Positions 1-13,199 of a DNA stretch of 64,000 nt are shown here, piece after piece. The notes below the pieces were generated by a model that was not told where the DNA came from, made no database searches, and saw only the letters and a list, made by a program, of their open reading frames with translations. Source of the DNA: Raillietiella orientalis (lineage: Eukaryota); the NCBI GenBank assembly GCA_036172245.1, contig JAYWIR010000023.1, positions 248,001 through 312,000 on the forward strand, given 5' to 3'. How positions within the stretch are numbered: position 1 is the first letter of the stretch; each line of letters starts with the position of its first letter. The translations under genes and the position numbers were made by a program.

Positions 1-181
1 CAGATCCAGAAAAAAGCCCGGAATCTCGGCGGGCTGAACGTGTGATCAGCCCCGTCATGTCTGAAACTGTCACATCGAATTTCGAACGTTTCCACGACAT
101 GCGGGGCGCCATTATTTTTTATACTTATCGTTTCAAAACACACGTTTTAAGTTTTACATGCTTGGAATGGTCCTGCGTTAT

Positions 182-273
182 CGATTGTTCTAGAACCAGA
201 TATCGCCGTGTGACGCAGAATTTTCGACGAATGAAATGGCCAGCTACAGTCACATGACGTTCCTCTATATAAG
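182..273 (+). promoter_or_regulatory. Polyubiquitin promoter: heat-shock-element units, CRE-like site and TATA box
   Basis: gTTCtaGAAc at 187-196 and GAAttTTC at 218-225 match inverted nGAAn pairs; TGACGT at 255-260; TATATAAG at 266-273. Polyubiquitin genes are typically HSF-inducible. Confidence 0.65.
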
Positions 274-362
274 GCAATGGCAGGGTCGGCGTCATTTGTT
301 TGGTAAAATCTTCAAGTGGGACAGTGCGCTTGAAAATTTTAAAAAAAGGAATTGTAAACCTT

Positions 363-1502
<1,140 letters not shown>

Positions 1503-1526
1503 ATCGTTTTTCTGGCTATTGTTCAA

Positions 1527-1532
1527 AATAAA
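1527..1532 (+). terminator. Polyadenylation signal of polyubiquitin
   Basis: AATAAA about 25 nt after the stop, followed by a GT-rich stretch. Confidence 0.75.
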
Positions 1533-1799
1533 ACTTACTAGAAATGTGTATATTGTTTGTACGGGAGAATGGATGAGTGTCACTAGTGGACTAAAGATTT
1601 CTAAATGGGTGGAGTTTGCAGCAAAGAGTAAAGGGATAACTTAGAAAAAGGTGCTGGTACTTACAGTATGGCACTAGATGGGCGTTGCAGCCATTTTTGC
1701 ACTTTCAAGAGCGCGTACACGGTGGTGGCAGCGTAAGCCAAAGACAGAAAGCGAGCACAAGTCCGAAACGTGTAAGGGCAGCGGTTGTTCCCTGGTGAA

Positions 1800-4700
1800 T
1801 GTGAAACCCCCCGGCGTAGCTCCCTTTCGGTGGCGCCCGTTCCCGTAGGCGAGGGACCGGTAGCAGCCGCGCACAATTAGTAAGCAATCAGGGTACGTTC
1901 GGGGACCTCGGTGCATATGAGGGGGTGTTGGGATGCTGCGTCTGGCTGTCAGAAGGGAACTGCGGCAACGGTCCGGTACGAAGGAAGTTGACATGAAACA
2001 CGACTAGCTGATGATTTGCGACCACAGTGTCGGTTGACCTCTTTCGAAGGTACTGTTTCGAAGTTGGGGCCTTCATTGGCATGCTTGGGACACTTCTAGG
2101 GCTACCAGCTCTGCGGCAGCACCTGCCGGAAAAGGCGAGCGGTCGGCCAGCTGCTAGAGAAGGCAGGGAAACTTCCGCCGGAAACTTCTCCCAAGCGTGG
2201 GGTGATTGTTGGTGCCATGCCCAAAAGGACAAGAATTAGTCCCCGTGGCCCCCGAGTAAATTTGTGAACACATGCACTTGGCAGGAATCCGGGACAAGTG
2301 GGGAGTTATGCCTGCGCGTGGGTTGCGAAGCGTTTTCCTGGAAATTACGAGCAGCATCACGCGAAAGTGCTCACTCGCGGGTAGTTCTGTAAACGTCTAC
2401 GAGAGTGCATCGCGTTAATGAATTCCGGCATAAGGGAGTCCATGGAAAGCGCTCGAGGAAGCACTCTTGCGAATCAATTTGATGGCCTTGCCCTTGGTGA
2501 AGTTGATGTGTGAGAGAATTTCGTGGTCCTGCTTTCGGAGCTTGGGTCCGTGCGTTCGTCTGTATGTAGGAAAGCTCCTGATAGTTTCGGACAAAGTGAT
2601 CTGTATCTGGGAAAGAAGCTGCCGCTTTGGTTTTCCGCGTCCTGGTGAGACGGTTTCCCCATACTTGAGGAATCGCTTTGTGCAAGTCAGGGCAAGGACG
2701 TCCTCCAGCTGCGAACGACTCGCCGTGACGAGGTGTAGTTCCGGTGCCCTATCCGGAGGCAGCTGAAGCATCCGTGCTGCTTAGCGGGCATCCACTTGAA
2801 CTCGAGCTAATTTTTCTTCGGTGGGCTCCGGAGGTTCCAGAAGCCCGCATCGATTAGACTGGGGCCTCACGCCTCGCGTAGATAAGGATGAAAGCAGAGA
2901 TTGTAGGAGGGACTCAGTTAAGCGGAAAACGAGCGGAGAGAGCAGAAGGACTTCAAGCGTGCAACTCAAAGAGTTGTCTCTGTTTGCCATTTCTGCAGCG
3001 GGGCAGAGCATGTGGCTATCCATTCGCGCATCCGACCCCGGAAGCCACATCCGACGGCAGTTCTTTCTTCGCTCAGCGCCAGATTTACACGGGATGCTGC
3101 TGCCCGAACTGGAGACGGCCGCTGGAAGCTTTCCAGAGGACGCGGAGATATGACGCGCCAGCCAAGGGCTGCTCGTGGCGTTGTTCCCCAGCAGGAGTCG
3201 TGATTTGCCGCAGATGCAAGCGGTCTGCAGCCTCTCCCTCCCGAGAGATGATGCATCGGAGCGAACGTCGGGGAAAGCGTGGGGCACTCCATCAATCATC
3301 GCCGGACACACTGAGGAGAAGGAAGGGGTGACGCCGACGGTCCCCAGGCTGCGGGGTCTCTCTCGGTGCGACTGCGAGAGTAAGCAAGGGAACCGGGAAA
3401 GTGGAAAGAAGAGTGGCGCGGCGAGGTATCGATCCCCGCGCAGGACGCGGAGGGAACGGGCGCCGGGATCCTCGCGCATCCAACCCGTTCGCCTCCCCCA
3501 GCGGATCCCTTACGCCGGGAAGAGCCCAGGCTGCCGGCGGTGAGGAACGGGGGGATCCTGGCGTAACGGCACTCCGCGGGCGGGTGAAGCTGCGAGAGGT
3601 TCGAATGAAGGGATGCCGAGGTCTCCTCCTCCCATCCCATTGTTGCGCACTTGCACCTGCTCGTCGCCATGATAACGGTCTCTCCGTGTCCTCCCTCGTA
3701 CGAAAACTTGCCCGGTCACCTATTCCTCCCCCCTTCGTCCGAGGAGGAGGAGGGTCAGGACCTGAGCGCGCCGATTTAAGGCTGACTCTCGGGAGTCAAA
3801 AAGCCCTGCAGGCCCAAGAGGCTATCAGCCTGGAGCCAAGGCCCCTCCTCCTTTCCTCGAAGCCGGATCTCCGATCGCTTCCATTAGACCAGCCGCAGCT
3901 CCCGGCAGCATCTACGCGGCCCCGCAAATGCCGTCCGGTGAAGCTGCGTGGTGATGGTGGCAGGCACCACCTCGCCCGCTCCTCTGGCCTGGGTGGCGGT
4001 CGATTGCTCCCGACGTGGGAGGACTCACGAAGAACGACGGGGTTGGGAGCCGCAAGCCGGAGCCACCTCCAGCCGGCTTGCGGCTGGTGGCGGTGGGTGC
4101 CGCGCGCACGCACCCTCTTATGCTCGTCCCTTTCTGCGGGAAGAAAATCCTCAGGCGGGCTCGGGGTGCCTCCGGATCCCGGAGAAGGCGGCTCGGTGTT
4201 GGCTGCTGACCAGGTGAGTTCTGGGCTCCCTCCGCCACGGCGGTCGTGCACCCGGTGCTGAGTGGCGAAGAAGCTGAGGAGTGCGTCCGGTCCTGGCTCA
4301 AGGCGGTGGTACTGCCGCGAGCGGCATGTCTGAGAGCCGCGGTTGCCGTGAGACGGGGCACTCTCGAAAAGGCGGAGCAAGACTAGCGGCGCTGCGCGAG
4401 GAAGGGAGAGTATGCACGTGGACGGGACCCATCGAACGGACTGCAGGAGGCCTGTCACTCCTTCCGAAAGCGGCGGAGAATTCCGGGACCTCCGGCATTC
4501 GGATAGAACGCCGGCGGCGTCCCGAGGAGCTTCCTGGATGGTGGAGACGGGAATGCACGGCGCCCTCTCGTCTCCCGCGCCAGCGCGCAGACGGGAGCGC
4601 CCCTCTTGGAGCCTGTCTGCTTCCTGAGTTTCGTCCGGCGGGTCGCCTCTTTCCCTCCGGGTGTTTCCGGAGGACGTCCGGCACGTTCGGGGAGCATCCC

Positions 4701-5500
4701 TCTTATTGCGAGAGGTTCGGAATGCACCGGGGGCCTCCGGAGGGTCGCGAGAGAGTCCGACCGCGTCGCCACCTCCTCCCTCTGCCGGTCAGAAGGGACG
4801 ACCCTCTCTCCCCGGAATTCCTAGGAAACGCGGGAGGGAGGGCGCATCGAGGGGCTCTTCCACCCTCGCCTTCGCAGTCGCTGCGGGATGCCCGGGACTC
4901 CCCGTGGAGGTTCCGGGGAAAAAACCCTTCGCAGGACTGGGAAGATCGGCGCGGGCTGAGGATCCCGGCAGGCGAGCTCACCGGTGGGGAGTCGACGGAC
5001 ACCCCTCGAGGCCTACCGACCAGTCCTGGGGTCTCGTAAGAGTCGCTGACCGAAGGCGCGTCACGAAGCCGACGCGAACTGCTCCACGCATGGCACGACG
5101 CCGGGATACAAAGCGTCGCTCCCACAGGAAGGACCTGCAGAGCGGGAGGCGCCTTCCTGGAAGAGGAGTCGCGCCCGCTGACGGCAGGGTTAGGAGGCGC
5201 CGACGGGACGCCGGTGCACCCCGTGAGGGAACGCAGGTACGACTGGAGGGACTTTCGGGGGGAGGGGGCGTAGGGCGCCGCGGAATGGGAGCGGGAAGAG
5301 GGGAAGCGGACGCCACCCCTCGTCCGTTCCCGCTTCCCTCGGGAGCGGGTGACCTTCGGAGGGGGATGGGAGAGGATTGGAGGTGTCTGCCTACGAGCGG
5401 GGCACTTCCCCGCGGAGCCCCAAAGAGGACCCTTAGGATGGAGTCGAGCGCGATCCGTTTTGCCTCAGGGCATAAGTCCGAAAGAGTCCTCGGAGATACC
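1800..5500 (-). mobile_element. Decayed L1/Tx1-like non-LTR retrotransposon ORF2 (fossil A)
   Basis: Minus-strand motif remnants in the correct order across frameshifts: SR/LD (~5450, endonuclease), GPSASPLP (~3330, QGxPLSP), AAASRVNLALS (~3070-3100, ASGxxVNxxKS), AIPQVWG (~2660) and NVP*LLTNCARL (~1870-1900, ETxxHLLxxC). Boundaries approximate. Confidence 0.5.
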
Positions 5501-6219
5501 AGATGAGGCCAGCTGCTGTGTCCTCCCTGTCTCTTCTCCCCTTCCCCGTCTGACCTCCGGGACTCCCAGAAGTTGCGAGGCTGCTCAGGGCTGGAGGAGG
5601 GAGGGCTAATGCCCGGAGTCCACTTCCCAGCAGGGGGTGCATGCACTTTCGCGCGCGGATGCCGAGCGGCAACGCGTTCCAGGCGCGGCGCGCGTCCCCA
5701 CCTGCCGGGAACCTCCGCGGCTGCGTACCGGCGGCGGTTCGGGCCGGAAGTGACATGCCCCGAGAAGACGCTAGTCCGCGCCGCTCCTTGTAGTCGGCGC
5801 TCTGGCACGGGGTCACTCTGCGACGCAGCCTGTCAGCCGACGCTACTTCTGCGCCTTAGGAATAGGTGGCTTCCGGTCCACCTGAAGCCTGTCCATGGGG
5901 TCAGGCAAACGTCCACGAGCAGCGCTCTTCGGCAGCTTCCTCGCCCTTCGGCTGAGCACTCTCTTGGTGCGTCCACCAGTCCGGGAAGAGAAGGGCGAGG
6001 CTGCAGCGGATGGCGGAACTAGGTCTCCCTCGCACTTCTCCGTCGGCCAGAAGGCTGGCCGGCGGCAGCGGCGAGAGTAGCCGTAGGGGCAGGGGGGCGG
6101 GAATCCGTCCGCGCCGCGCCTCCCAGAAGGTCTTACACCCGTGTTGCAGCTGCTGAAAGCACGACGACAACGCGGCGGTCCCCCGCGCGGGAAGCCGGAG
6201 GAGGAAGGGGGTCGCTGTC

Positions 6220-7856
6220 ATGGAAACCACCGTCCCCGAGAGGCAAGGCAACCTGACTGCGGAGGAGTTCTTCGAGGACTTCCAAGTGCTCGCCCATGGC
6301 GCCCAGATGGCCTTCATCACCGCCTATTCCCTCATCATGGCGGTGGGAATGCTTGCCAACTCCTACGTTCTCTACGTGATCCTCGCCCACGCGGCCCTAC
6401 GGACTCCTGGCAACCTTTACATCGCCTCCCTGATGGTCTCCGACCTCCTGGTGTGCACATTCTGCATTCCCTTCACCCTGGTCATCCTGCTGCAGCCCAC
6501 CTGGACTCTGGGGGTCGTCCCGTGCAAGCTGCTGCCCTTCGTGCAGGTAGGAAACACCCTACTCTGACCCTGGGGAGGTGGGTCCAAGAGTCTCCATCCT
6601 CATCCCCTTGCTTGTGGGGACGAGCAGATACGCGCGCAGCCGGAGGGACCTCTCCCCAAAGGTGGCACATCTAAAGGGCCGGCAGACGAAGAACCGTAGC
6701 TCCCGCGGTCGCGAAGGAGCGTCAGCTCGCGGCGCTGTAGAGTGTGCGCGGAGGGCACTCGACAGCGCCCGGAAGGCAGCCGCGCCGTCTCCAAGTCCAG
6801 CCGCATGCAGGACTGGAATCTTCCTGGAATCCGCCTTCGGGCGGTGCCACCTTAGCTTGCCGGGGCGGGAGGGAGGAGCGTTGCTGGGAACGGGCGCCCC
6901 CTGCTGTGTGGGTGTTCTCGGAGCCCTGCGTACGGCTCAGGCGACGACCAGGAACGGAAAGGAATGGGAAGAGGGGGAGATCTCGAGATGGCCATACGGA
7001 CGGATGCTCTCCCCCCTACCCCCCATTAGCAGATCGTCTTGAAGCCCACTCCTCCACCGGTGTCCGCCTTAGCTGCTTAGACCCGATCCCCTCCTCCTCC
7101 CCTCTCTCCCAGCGCTGACATGAGGGCGGCTCCCTGCTTAAGTCGCAGCGCTCACTATTGCAGGGGACATCGATCGTCGTGTCCACGGCCACGGTGCTGG
7201 CCATAGGCCTAGACCGCTACCAGTGCGTGGCGAGGATGCACATGGGCGGTCCGCCGGTGGGCTCCAGGAGGCCGTTGCTAAATGTGGCGCTCCTGTGGAC
7301 CGCGTCGTCGCTGCCAGTGGCTCCCTTCCTGGTGTACCAGGACGTACGAACCTTCTCCCTTCCCGGCCGGGCCGGCATCCACTACCAGATGTGCGTGGAA
7401 GGCTGGCCCCAACGATACATGAAGGACCTCTACACGCTCTTCTTCATCACCGTCCAGCTAGTGGCACCTGCGGTCGTCCTGTGGACCATCAGCGCGCGCT
7501 TCAAGCGGTTCCTGGACCGACACCTGCGGAGCGGCTTCCCGGACAGGGTGGTGGGCAAGGAGCGGCGGAGGAACAGCAAGGTCATGGGCATGCTGGCCGC
7601 CGTGACGGTCGTCTTCGCGGCCAGCTGGCTGCCTTACCACGTGGACGCGCTGCTGGAGAGCTTCCACCCGGCGCTGTTCCGCGACCAGAGGCAGGTCTAC
7701 CTCATCTTCGGGATCTGCCACGCCGTGGCCATGACATCTGTGGTCAGCAACCCCGTGATGTACGCCCTGCTCAACTCCAACCTGAGCAGATACCTGCGCA
7801 GCAGGAACGTCCGCCCTCTGGCAAGCCAGCTAAAGAGGATCGCCGTTCCGACATGA
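6220..7856 (+). CDS. Rhodopsin-class neuropeptide GPCR, NPY/NPF-receptor-like, 339 aa; exons 6220-6546 and 7164-7856
   Basis: Phase-0 GT-AG intron 6547-7163 joins FVQ|GTSIVVST. Motifs: GMLAN (TM1), NLYIASLMVSDLL (TM2), WTLGVVPCK, DRY, CVEGWP (ECL2), FAASWLP (TM6), CHAVAMTSVVSNPVMY (TM7). Confidence 0.92.
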
Positions 7857-7914
7857 CGACCCCGACCCGCTGGAGGGCGATGCGAGCGTCCTCCCTCCGC
7901 CGGATGCCGGAACC

Positions 7915-7920
7915 AATAAA
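7915..7920 (+). terminator. Polyadenylation signal of the GPCR gene
   Basis: AATAAA about 60 nt after the TGA, within an otherwise GC-rich region. Confidence 0.65.
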
Positions 7921-8599
7921 ACGCGCGTGCGCGCGCCCTCGGGAGGCGATCGGTGCCTGCGGGATGGACAGCCTCAGGAATGGTCAGGTGGGAAGCAGCG
8001 AAGGACGGACTGGACTCTGGGAAGGTTGGACGCTCTGCGACAGGTGGTGCGACAGGCTCTGCGTGGGAGTCCACTGGCGGAAGAGGGTGGGTACACAAAG
8101 AAAGAATGGGCGACAGCGGCCTCCCCATTGAGTGTGGACCTTTCCTGCCCCAGGAGGCACGTGCATGCTTGCGTCTTCCCTTCCCCCCCCCCCGCCCCTC
8201 CAGCCTTCTCCTCCTTCCTTCGCTTGCCCCGCTCATCTCTTACGTGCGCTTTCCCGTCTTCCGGAACTCAGACGGTCCCCTGAGATGAGTTTCGCTCCGG
8301 CGCCAAGACTCACGGAGGCAAGAGAAAGGTCCTGGAGGACGAGGACTTCTCCCCCCACCCGGACAGAGCACCTGCCCCGGAATATACCAGACATTTCCTC
8401 AGGCAATCGGAGGCCTCACCCCACCCAGGGCGCCGGACCGAGGGGGGAGAAGGAAGGAGGCGAGGACCTTCCCCCCCACCCTGTTGACCGGGAGAAGGGC
8501 CGGTCGGGACTCTCGCAGAGACAGGAGCTCTCGGCTTTCGCGACCTCAGGGTCTCCAGGGGCAGACGGTCGCCAGCGCCCGTGCTTCCCTTGAGGCGGG

Positions 8600-9600
8600 A
8601 ACCTGTGCCCTTCTCTGCGCCCACCACCGACCGCGTTGCAGAGGTACCTGCCCCCTCCCCCACCCGCAAGAAGGGTTGTTCGAGATGTATCTGAGAATTT
8701 CCGAGGCCTCCGTTGCCTGGCAACTGCCTCTCTCCTCCCTTTGGAGCACGCGATCCACCCTGTCAGGCGAATCGGGCGCAACCATCCGGTGGTCAGCGAC
8801 ATTACCCCGGATAGTGGTGGAGCATGCACGAGAGACTGCCTACATCTCCTCCCTCCTCGCGCCAGTCGCCTTCTTGGCCACAATGCGCCCGCCTGGCTGC
8901 TCCAGCTGTCTGAGGAAGAGGAGGAAGAGGGGTGCGGATACCTGCGTGACCGGAGGACGCGCTATAGGAGCAGCGGTTAGTCAGTCTTGTGGCTCGCCCC
9001 GAGACAGCTGCCTGTCCCGGGGGCGGAGCGGACCCTTTTCCTTAGGGCCATGCAGCGGACGCCCTCCAGTCGGGAGGCGCCGTCGCCTCTGTGTCGATCT
9101 GTAGGGAGTGAGATGGGCGTTCCGAAGCGGGAGAAAGGGAAGGGGGCGGGGGAGCACACTTTCTCCAGCCCTCTCCCGGGCGTCATTTCGGGAGGAGGCA
9201 GGTCGGCTGCGACGGGACAGAGCAGCCCCCGAGGGCCGCGCAACCGACCTACGAGGCCCGAGGGCCTTTCCTGCGCAGAGAGAGCGGGCAGGCAGGCGGG
9301 CGGAGCGACGACGCACCCTCGTCGGCAGTGGACCAGCCTCTCCGGCCGGGAGCCAGGTGGCTCAGGGAGGGAGGGCTATCCATTCCCCGGCCTCTCCAAG
9401 ATTCGGCTGACTCGGAGGCTGCGGTCCCCGCAAACGACCCGGCGACGAGAGTCTCTCCCTTAAAAAAAGGGTCTCAGGATGATGTGAGCTCCTCTTCCTC
9501 CTCCTCGGCTCATCCGCATATCGGCGGCAGGCAGGTGGCGTGCCTGCGGAGGGGCCCGGAGACGACGGCCCCCCTGAGAGCAGGCAGAGACGCAGGGGAT
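8600..9600 (-). mobile_element. Decayed L1/Tx1-like RT region (fossil B; may extend further on both sides)
   Basis: One minus frame at ~8940-8700 reads SAPLFLLFLRQLE...AVSRACSTT...VDRVLQREERGSCQ, resembling SPLLFxLxLEP...SAYADD...VxxVLxxYExASG. HLPAADMR at ~9520-9545. Confidence 0.4.
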
Positions 9601-12600
9601 ACCGAGGCAGTTCCTCCGGTTCACGGGTGTGGAAAGGTGTCGCGGCATCCCCCCCCCCCGACCGTCGGTCTTCCTCCCCCCGGGCGCAGACATACCAGCA
9701 GAGACTCCGGTAGGGTGGGGGAGGGGAGGGAAAGCTAGCGCGGGAAGACTGTTGCTAGGGACGACGGAAGGGAAGGAAGCTGCTGCCGCGGCCTCGGACG
9801 CGTGAGCCGCGCGCGCCTCCTGTGCAGGTGCTGCCGAGGGGTGGCGGCGGGTGGAATGCCTCCTACCGTCCGGCCGCACCGCAGCGGGAGGCGCGTATCC
9901 TCCCCCTCGGTGGGCATCCGTTGTGGGTCCCGGCGGGAGCACTTCCTAGTCCCCGCGGAGCCCGGGGCGTGATGGGAGGGACGCCCTCGCGCGGGCTCCG
10001 GGAATTCCCACGGGCGATGGGCGGCTCCTTTCTCCCCCGACCGCCGCCATTCCGGGGAACGCGAGGTTTCCCTCCTCCACCCGAGGGAGACCTGGATCGC
10101 TCGCAGGGCTCCCGGAGGGATCTGCAATCGGGATAGGCCTCCTGGGGAAAGGCTGGGGCGCGAGCTTCTCGGATGGAGGGGAGGGGAGGGGGAGAGAGCC
10201 TGGGTCGCCACATCCCTTCCGACACCACGAGCGCGGTGCCCCCGACGGAACCAATGGGTGGAGATGCGCCCTGGGAGAGGCCCCTCCCTCCCTCTCCTCC
10301 CCCCCCAGCTCGGTCCCACTGTTGCCTGAGGGAGGTGGCGCGACTTCCAACCGAGAGCCCGTTGCCCCCGGCAACGGACCGGCCTCTGCCGCGGGCGAAC
10401 GCGGGGCGAGATCCTCTCCTGGAGCTCTAGCCGCATGTCGCCGCTGCCCTGGGGCTGCCCGCTTCCTCGCGATCCCTCGGAAGCGTGCGGGGGACCCGCG
10501 TCCTCTCGGGGTGGGCCGGGGAATCGATCGGGCGACCCTCCTTCAGGAGAGAGAGGGGGGCAGGACGCGTGTTCTCCTGCGGGACGGCGGCGTGGGGACT
10601 CTTCCGGGCGATGGGCTCCGCGGAAGGCCCATTAGCTGCCATCCCGATCCTCCCGACCACTTTCTCCCCGCCCCCTCCTAGCGGCGCCACTAACGAGCCC
10701 CATTACCGTGCGCACGGGGACCAGCCGGTGGGAATATCTGTCCTTCCCCCCGCCATTTCCGTCTGGTCGCCGGTCGCCCACCTCCTCTCACCCAGGGAGG
10801 AGGAGGGGCCGACGTCAGGGGCGTGCCCCCAGAAGAACGGGCAGCGGGCGGATGCGCCCCAAGAGCAGGAGAGAAGGAAGATACGCCCGCCCGCCTCCTC
10901 GCCCAACGCGTCCTGAAGGAGAGAGGAAGGCAATTGGGAGACGCGAGCTCGTCCGTTCCTAGGCAACCGCCGGAAGGATCGCGGCGCACCATGTCCCCAT
11001 GGGAGGGAAGGAGACGGGGTAAGGAAACGACGTCGGGTGAGGCGCAGACGCGGTTGACCCTTCCGATTCCCAATTCGGGCCGCGAAGTCGGCGGGTGGCC
11101 ATGCAGCCATCGCGTGCTCGTGGGTCCTGCGGCAAGCCGAGTGGGCTCGGCGTGGCGCACGCTCCTTGCCGGCGCCGCTTCCTGCAAAGGGAAAGGGGGG
11201 GCGTTGAGAGTGCGAAAGTCCCTAGGAGGATCGGGCCCCGCGTGCAGGCGTAGGCGGCAGGACCTCGCTTCCTGCCGCTTTCCGAGGGGCAGCGGACGGT
11301 GCCTGTGCCGGAGCGTTCCTGCACGAGAAGCGCCGAAGTGACGCTCGCGCAGGGCACGCACGCACACACGTGTGCGTGCGCCCACCTGATAGCGTGTCCG
11401 CCGCTTCTCTCGTGTGCGCACGGGAGACACGCGCCCTCGCGTGCGTTTCCAAGTCGAACGAAGGTGTGTGCGCGGACGCGGCGGTGGTCACATGGGGCCG
11501 CCCCGGAGCTCGGACGACTCCGGCAGACCCGCGCGCCCGTGCGGTGGGGGGAAGGAAGGGCTTCCACGTGCTCTCCCTCTGTCTCCCTCCTCCCCTTTGC
11601 TCTCTCTCTCCCTCCCCTTTTTCCGGATGAACCTCCGAGGTCCCTGGAAGGCGGCGTGGGGCGGCGCGCGTTGCGGGTGCCGCGCGCAGTGCTGCCTGGC
11701 GGGCGGTGCGCACACCATCTGAGGTGCCTCTTCTTTTCCTGCGCCAGTGGTCCGCCGCAGCGCGCCTTGGCCGGTTTGCGTGAGGGTCGCTGTTCCAGGG
11801 ACCGCCATCCGCAAACGACTTCGGCTCATGAGGTGTGCTGGAAGGAGTTTCTCTCCCGAGGGAGAGAGGTGGAGGGAGGGAGGAGGGGCGATTCAGCCCC
11901 CACGGCGCTCGGTTCCACCAGAGTTGAGGACCTCCCCATCTACCTGAATGCTGAACTCGCCGCAGCGCGCTGGAGTGGGAGGAACGCTTCACGGGTTCTC
12001 TAGAGCTTTGTCCACGCAGAAGCAGCACAGCAGCCCTTCTTTTCCTTCTTCCTTGCGCGCTTTTTTTCGGAGCCAGCCAAAACGAAAAACAGAAGCAGAG
12101 AAGCAGGCGCCTTCTACGGTGTCTTCAGCTCGCAGTTTGATTGTTTCCTCCCTGCAAACTGCACGGTAATTTCCCTTAATTTTTTTCGAGGCATCGGAAC
12201 AATTGGCAAGTGCAATTTCCTGCCTAATCGGCAGCATCCCAGAAAAAAAAAAAGAGAGAGAGAGAGAAGAAGAAAAAACAACAGACTCCACAGATATGCA
12301 AAATGTATATCAGCGGGCGCCTATTCGAGCCACTTTTTATACGTTCTCCTATTGCGGTCTCGCCCAAATCGTGCGGGATCCGCTCCATATTCGCCGGCGT
12401 AAATGGTTACGTGCGAGGGAAAACTGCGAATGGAAAAAAACTCGGAGGAGAAGGAAGAGGGGAGGAGAAAGAGAGATTCCTTTTCGGAATTTCGCTAACG
12501 GAATTTTATGGGCCGTAAAAAGTTCTTCGCTCGACGCGCTGCGGTAGGCCTAAGATGGCCGTCCGGCGCTTTGCGATGGAAACCACCTATCTGCTGCCTT

Positions 12601-12731
12601 AGCAGGTACTATGCTGCAGTGCATGTCTATTGCTCGCGTATTTGTATGCACCCTTGCCATTTAGTGATCACGTTCTATCAGACTACTGCTATTTTATCGT
12701 CTATGCTTATCCCCCCCCCCTCCCTTTAAAG

Positions 12732-12763
<32 letters not shown>
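12732..12763 (+). repeat. A32 homopolymer preceded by a C-run
   Basis: Counted directly from the sequence. Confidence 0.9.
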
Positions 12764-12764
<1 letters not shown>

Positions 12765-13199
12765 GATACGAACGAACGTGCTACATGTGCCATACGTATA
12801 TATAGTAAGGTGGCCAAGCGTTCCGAGCCTCCACGTGCTAACCCAGTTTTTTTCTTCTGATCTCTCCCGCACCACGGAATGTTTTCCGGTGTCGTCTTGC
12901 CGTTTCGTTTTGTCTATGAATTCTCCCCCTGTGAACACGGAATCTTATGGAGGATGCGCAAGCATTCTTTAGTGAGACATGGATGCTTGCATTTGCACTG
13001 ACGTATAACTTGCGTTGGCGAACAAATCACTGCCTCTGTGTCAGTATCTGCGTCTCCACATCACGACCTCCTCACGTCATCCAGCATTCTGCCATCTCAG
13101 AATGCAATTAGAAACTCCAACTTGAAAAATGTCTTTTTGTTGCTTGCCAATGGCAACGGGACCCACTTGTGCGCATAGCTCAACGGAGCACGCAGATGG

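Noticed and set aside
1659..1800. Minus-strand GTAAGT donor suggesting a host gene nesting polyubiquitin
   Set aside because: No recognisable exon or partner acceptor; the site lies at the tail of fossil A.
3175..12028. Many overlapping 150-300 aa ORFs in the GC-rich block
   Set aside because: Arg/Gly/Pro-rich in all six frames with no domains; expected from stop-codon scarcity. Only the GPCR exons are supported.
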